Source of the DNA: Bacteroidales bacterium
GTDB lineage: Bacteria > Bacteroidota > Bacteroidia > Bacteroidales > WCHB1-69
Assembly (NCBI GenBank): GCA_028684405.1
Contig: JAQUGA010000003.1
Span: 1 to 51,780, forward strand
Direction: 5' to 3'
DNA length: 51,780 bases
The position numbers and the translations under genes are program-made. The notes below the pieces were generated by a model that saw only the letters and a program-made list of their open reading frames with translations, was not told the DNA's origin and searched no databases. Shown piece after piece: positions 47,728 to 51,780 of the stretch (position 1 is the stretch's first letter; each line of letters starts with the position of its first letter).

Positions 47728-48312
47728 ATGAAAACTCATGAAAAAATTGATAATCTATTAATCAGAGAATTTATTGAAGGTAATAATGCTTCATTTGAAG
47801 TATTGGTTCATCGCCATAGCAAAAAGGTTTTTAGCTATATAATGATGATTGTAAACAATCGTGATATTGCTGAAGATATCCATCAGGATACTTTTTTGAA
47901 AGTAATCCACACGATTAAAGCTGGAAAATATAACGAAGAAGGTAAGTTTATTCAATGGGTAATGCGAATTGCTCATAATTTAAGCATCGATCATTTCCGA
48001 AGAAATAGTAGGATGCCGATGATGGAAAATAATGACACTTTTGATATCTTTGATGTTCTTTATGGTCAAGAATTATCTGTAGAAGATAGAATGGTGCGTG
48101 ATCAAATTCATTCAGATGTTAAAAATCTATTAGATTATCTGCCAGAAGAGCAAAGAGAAGTGTTGTATATGAGGCATTATCAGGATATGAGTTTCAAGGA
48201 TATTGCCGAACAAACCGATGTAAGCATAAATACTGCATTGGGTAGAATGAGATATGCTTTAATTAATTTGAGAAAATTAATTAACGAAAAACAAATAGTG
48301 CTAAGTTATTGA
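47728..48312 (+). CDS. ECF-type sigma-70 family RNA polymerase sigma factor
   Basis: Region 2 (DIAEDIHQDTFLKV...WVMRIAHNLSIDHFR) and region 4 HTH (EQREVLYMRHYQDMSFKDIAEQTDVSINTALGRMRYAL). I prefer ATG 47728 (MKTHEKIDNLL) over the upstream TTG at 47644. Confidence 0.85.
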   Translation: MKTHEKIDNLLIREFIEGNNASFEVLVHRHSKKVFSYIMMIVNNRDIAEDIHQDTFLKVIHTIKAGKYNEEGKFIQWVMRIAHNLSIDHFRRNSRMPMMENNDTFDIFDVLYGQELSVEDRMVRDQIHSDVKNLLDYLPEEQREVLYMRHYQDMSFKDIAEQTDVSINTALGRMRYALINLRKLINEKQIVLSY

Positions 48313-48330
48313 TAGTTAATGGTTTTTGTG

Positions 48331-48372
48331 TCCGTAGAAAGGGCTTGTTATTCTTTCTGCGGATTTTTTTTT
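48331..48372 (+). terminator. Intrinsic terminator after the sigma factor gene
   Basis: TCCGTAGAAAG-(11 nt)-CTTTCTGCGGA stem (one G-U pair) followed by T9. Confidence 0.8.
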
Positions 48373-48409
48373 GTTTGTGCAATATTGAGAAAAACTTTTC
48401 GTTTAATAA

Positions 48410-48613
48410 ATGATAAATGAAAACCAAATAAATTCTATATTGCCTATGATTCAAAAATTAACTTTTTCACCCAGAAAACCACAAATCGTTCCTTTAAAAC
48501 TTAGCAAAATGGAAGTCTCAAAAATCAGATTGAAAATAATATTGGGATATGCTTCCGCCTTAAGTGTCAAAAAATCCAAGATGATTGGAAGTTTTGATGT
48601 GATTGTGAACTAA
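48410..48613 (+). CDS. Hypothetical small protein (67 aa)
   Basis: ATG-initiated ORF bracketed by two hairpin terminators (48331-48372 and 48647-48696). No motif recognised, so coding status is uncertain. Confidence 0.35.
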   Translation: MINENQINSILPMIQKLTFSPRKPQIVPLKLSKMEVSKIRLKIILGYASALSVKKSKMIGSFDVIVN

Positions 48614-48646
48614 TTTGTGTTTGAAAAAAAAACAATTTTTTTTGTG

Positions 48647-48696
48647 CTGATAGCATACTGAAGAAATTGTTTTTTATTATTATGCTATCAGTTTTT
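48647..48696. terminator. Hairpin between the small ORF and the convergent Nudix gene
   Basis: CTGATAGCATA-(23 nt)-TATGCTATCAG 11-bp stem followed by TTTTT. The large loop lowers confidence. Confidence 0.45.
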
Positions 48697-49342
48697 AAAA
48701 TATTGCTTTAATGTTTTTCAACCTGTTTTTAAAATCGAAGAGCATTATAGCAGTGGCACCCCAAATTATTTGATTTTGAATTTTGTACGCATATACTTCA
48801 ACAGGAGTGTTGTTTAAAATTACCTCTGTTTGAATTTCTGAATCGGGCGATAATAACTCTGAAATAGGATAGTGATAGCATTCTTCAACTTCAGTTTTAT
48901 CTGGCTTATCTATTGGGGCATGATCTAGAAATACGACATAGGGAAAAACAATATAATTACTTATAGGTATTAATATGGGGTCTAGCTGTCCGATAATTTC
49001 TTTGGGTTTAATCAAAATGCCTAATTCTTCATATGTTTCACGAATAGCTGTTTGGACAGTGGTAATATCCGATTTATCCTTTTTTCCACCAGGAAGTGCA
49101 TATTGATTACTATGGTATCCACTATAAGTAGCTCTTTTTATAAATAATGAATGAGTTTCCTGCCCTTTATTGTATAGTATTAGTGCAACTGAACTTAATC
49201 GAAAAGGTCTATTATGTGTAGAAAAAGAATTATTATTAGCAATTTTTCTGAATTTTTCTGAATTTATTTTATTATTGTGATTTTCATTCTTTGAATGTAT
49301 TAGGCACGTTTTCAGTAGATTATGTTCGTTTTTGAGGTTCAT
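48695..49342 (-). CDS. Nudix hydrolase (CoA pyrophosphatase-like)
   Basis: Nudix-box-like segment GGKKDKSDITTVQTAIRETYEELGI (G..., REt.EElG). The low-complexity N-terminal ~45 aa may be over-called. Confidence 0.75.
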   Translation of the reverse strand: MNLKNEHNLLKTCLIHSKNENHNNKINSEKFRKIANNNSFSTHNRPFRLSSVALILYNKGQETHSLFIKRATYSGYHSNQYALPGGKKDKSDITTVQTAIRETYEELGILIKPKEIIGQLDPILIPISNYIVFPYVVFLDHAPIDKPDKTEVEECYHYPISELLSPDSEIQTEVILNNTPVEVYAYKIQNQIIWGATAIMLFDFKNRLKNIKAIF

Positions 49343-49461
49343 GGGGTTTGTTTATTAGATGTATTTTAAAAAAAAACAATTATTTTCATTGTTAGTTCAA
49401 TTATTATTATGATATTTGCAGTGGAAAATAATTAAACTATTATCAATTTAAAACAAAAAAC

Positions 49462-49926
49462 ATGAAAAAAGTATTAAGTTTAGTTTTGGTTTTCGCAGCA
49501 GTTGTATCTTTCAGCTCTTGTAAAAAAAGTGGTCCTGAGGCAGTAGCAGAAGCTTATTTGACAAACATTGCGAAAATGGATTTTGAAAAAGCAAAAGAAT
49601 TTGTAACTGAAGATTCTAAAGCAACTATCGATTTCTTAGCTCAAATGGCTGGAATGGCTGGCGAAGAAGCTAAAAAACAAGCTACTGAAGCAAAAGTTGA
49701 GATCAAAGACATGAAATGTGAAGTGACTGAAGACAAAGCAGTATGTAACTGTACGGTTGTTACTGGTGAAAAATCAGAAGCTGAAACTCTTAACCTAGTT
49801 AAAGAAGGTGACAAATGGTTAGTTGTTCAAACAAAAGAAACACCTGACATGGGTGAAATGGATGAAGAATTAGAAGAACAACCAGTTGATGGTGAAGTAG
49901 TTGCTGAAGAAGTAGTTGCTGAATAA
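49462..49926 (+). CDS. Lipoprotein (DUF4878-like) with an acidic C-terminal tail
   Basis: Lipobox-type signal MKKVLSLVLVFAAVVSFSSC. AVAEAYLTNIAKMDFEKAKEFV start is typical of small SnoaL-like lipoproteins. C-terminal EEQPVDGEVVAEEVVAE. Confidence 0.6.
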   Translation: MKKVLSLVLVFAAVVSFSSCKKSGPEAVAEAYLTNIAKMDFEKAKEFVTEDSKATIDFLAQMAGMAGEEAKKQATEAKVEIKDMKCEVTEDKAVCNCTVVTGEKSEAETLNLVKEGDKWLVVQTKETPDMGEMDEELEEQPVDGEVVAEEVVAE

Positions 49927-49940
49927 TTTCAACAAATACA

Positions 49941-50603
49941 GTGAAGAGAAAATTCGTTAAAATTATTCTTTTTATTGTATTAGTATTGGTATTAATAATA
50001 TTGTTCCTGTTTGCTTATGAATACAAAAGCGAGCAGGAACAATTTTATAATAAATATCGCCTGTCCAAGGAAGAGATTGCTCTTTTGGAAGATGGCGATA
50101 TTGTTTTGCGACAGGGATTTGGTTTGGTGAGTGAGTCCATATCGAAAACCTTAAACGAAGAGTATAAAATTTCTCACTGTGCTATTGTCAGGAAACCTAG
50201 TCCAGATAGTATCTTTGTTATCCATTCTGTTTCTAGTTCATTATCGGATGTGGATGGGGTGCAGACTTGCGATTTAAAAAAATTTGTCCGTGAGAGTCAA
50301 AAGGGAACCATAATTGTAGTTCGTTTTCAGTCTGCGGGTGAAAAAAAGAATAAAGTAATTAGTGACAGAGCTGACTATTACCTGCAAAAGCAAGTCAAAT
50401 TTGATAATAGCTTTGATATCAGAGACAGTACAAAGTTCTTCTGTACGGAGCTGATTTGGAAAATTATTCTGGATGAGTTTAATATGGATATTTTAAATAT
50501 TGATCAACCCGACCAGATTAGTGCCAATAAGTTCGGTGTTTTTTGGAATTCCCCTCATTTTCAAGTGATTTTTAATCATCAGTTGGACAGAATAAAAGAA
50601 TAA
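49941..50603 (+). CDS. YiiX/YaeF-like permuted papain-fold (NlpC/P60 superfamily) protein, membrane-anchored
   Basis: N-terminal TM helix. LEDGDIVLRQG, then His (ISHCAIV) preceding Cys (FFCTELIW), the permuted order seen in YiiX-type enzymes. GTG start. Confidence 0.55.
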   Translation: MKRKFVKIILFIVLVLVLIILFLFAYEYKSEQEQFYNKYRLSKEEIALLEDGDIVLRQGFGLVSESISKTLNEEYKISHCAIVRKPSPDSIFVIHSVSSSLSDVDGVQTCDLKKFVRESQKGTIIVVRFQSAGEKKNKVISDRADYYLQKQVKFDNSFDIRDSTKFFCTELIWKIILDEFNMDILNIDQPDQISANKFGVFWNSPHFQVIFNHQLDRIKE

Positions 50604-50625
50604 GTTTTTAGAAACATTTGTTTGC

Positions 50626-51180
50626 TTATCTCTTCTTGTATTTTTTCTTATAAGGCAAAAATATCGCTCCGCTAATAATTAAGCTTAGCAAGATTCCTGC
50701 TAATATGTCAAATGGAAAATGAACACCTAATGCCATGCGCGAATATGCAACCAAAATTGCCCAAATAAAAACAGGTATCACAAATTTCTTTTGGGGAAAC
50801 AAAAAACTGATTCCAAATGCCACTGCAAATGCTTCTGCGGTGTGTCCGGAGGGAAACGACATGCTTCCAGCTTGTGATAACTTGGTGATGTCTTCGTAGG
50901 TTAGAAATGGTCGCTCGCGTGAAAACAGTATTTTTAAAAAAAGTGTAGCAAAAGAACTGGTTAAAACAATGGAAAGTAAAACGAAAATCGAGTTGAGAAT
51001 CTGTTTGCTTCGCTTTTTAAAGTATATAACAATTAGGAATACAAATATACCAATCGTAACAGCGGTTGTTAAGAAGGACAAATAATAGAAAAAGGGATCG
51101 AGTGATTCTACTCGATTGGCGTGTATGTAACGCAAAAGTTTAATGTCTACTTGTGATAATTTATGGAAGAGTGTGTTCAT
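50626..51180 (-). CDS. PAP2 superfamily phosphatase (second copy in the window)
   Basis: KILFSRERP, PSGHT, SRMALGVHFPFD motifs. Polytopic membrane protein. Confidence 0.85.
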   Translation of the reverse strand: MNTLFHKLSQVDIKLLRYIHANRVESLDPFFYYLSFLTTAVTIGIFVFLIVIYFKKRSKQILNSIFVLLSIVLTSSFATLFLKILFSRERPFLTYEDITKLSQAGSMSFPSGHTAEAFAVAFGISFLFPQKKFVIPVFIWAILVAYSRMALGVHFPFDILAGILLSLIISGAIFLPYKKKYKKR

Positions 51181-51399
51181 GTTTTGCAGTCGTATATTTG
51201 AGAATTTGTTTTTTGTTTTCTGTAAATTTATCGCTGATTTTTTATTGACAATTAATCTTCTTTTTGTCTTGTCTTGTAATGGATTAAAGCATTCTTAACG
51301 TAAAACTCCTTAATCATACTGAAAAACCAGTCGGTTAAAAAAAGCATGGCAAGAACCGATGCCTGTTTTCTCTGAAATGTTTTCAGTTGAGTCATATTG

Positions 51400-51780
51400 T
51401 TATTGATTATTTTGTTGGTTTTTTATGTTTACGTCTCTTTGAGGAAATGGAATAGAGATATTGTTTTTACGAAACAATTCAAGAATCCTGATTCGAATAT
51501 CTTGTTTTACTTGTTCAATTTTAAAAATTTCTTCTGACCAAAAGTAGATTGAAAAATCAAGCGATGAAGCCCCGAAATTTTGAAAACGAGCAAAAATAGG
51601 TCGATCTTTAAGTACCTCCACTTGGTCTTGAACTGCTTCAATAAGAAGTTTCTCTACTAATTTAGCATCCGAAGAGTAATCCACACCCACGTCAATTCTA
51701 AAGCGAGAATAGACATTGTCGTATGTCCAGTTTGTTAGAGTGTTTTTAGTAAGTTCTGAATTGGGTAAAATAACATAATT
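51400..51780 (-). CDS. Mechanosensitive ion channel (MscS family), C-terminal part; ORF runs off the 3' window edge
   Basis: The minus-strand frame is open from nt 51780 (…ILPNSELTKNTLTNWTYDNVYSRFRIDVGVDYSSD…), which is the conserved MscS beta-domain pattern (PNS....N.....R....V.V.Y..D). The GTG at 51690 in the track is internal. Confidence 0.8.
   Translation of the reverse strand, partial: NYVILPNSELTKNTLTNWTYDNVYSRFRIDVGVDYSSDAKLVEKLLIEAVQDQVEVLKDRPIFARFQNFGASSLDFSIYFWSEEIFKIEQVKQDIRIRILELFRKNNISIPFPQRDVNIKNQQNNQ

Noticed and set aside
48624-49386. A-rich strings AAAAAAAAACAATT on both sides of the Nudix gene (48624-48637 and 49367-49380) as possible target-site duplications or mobile-element ends.
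   Set aside because: These are low-complexity A/T tracts that are expected in AT-rich intergenic DNA. There are no inverted terminal repeats or mobility genes, and the Nudix gene looks native.

Overview
Low-GC, AT-rich chromosomal segment that looks like Bacteroidota. The evidence is TAnnTTTG -7 promoter boxes in front of many genes, six proteins with T9SS C-terminal sorting domains, and little Shine-Dalgarno signal. I support 32 protein-coding genes. I found no rRNA, tRNA, CRISPR array, transposase or integrase. Housekeeping genes: DEAD-box helicase, phosphohexomutase, clpB, uvrA, trkA/trkH, a K+/H+ antiporter, an NMO/FabK-like oxidoreductase, an ECF-type sigma factor, a Nudix hydrolase, two PAP2 phosphatases and an MscS fragment. 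Accessory content: (i) a two-gene AbiEi/AbiEii (type IV TA / abortive infection) module at 15966-17439, with a perfect 13-bp inverted repeat over its promoter and a REP-like hairpin repeat cluster on its left flank. (ii) A secretome-rich stretch with a type-B CTD protein, a 1218-aa adhesin-like type-A CTD protein and a gingipain-like C25 peptidase. (iii) A PAS-rich hybrid histidine kinase plus a receiver-kinase, followed by three co-directional T9SS type-A CTD proteins of unknown function (31891-39885). The most unusual sequence-level signal is a perfect (AC)15 microsatellite 18 nt upstream of the GTG start of the first of those three genes. Two small uORFs read through the tract. I propose this as a candidate phase-variable (contingency) switch for an uncharacterised, sensor-linked T9SS cargo operon. 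All functional calls come from motifs read by eye in the ORF translations; no database search was run.
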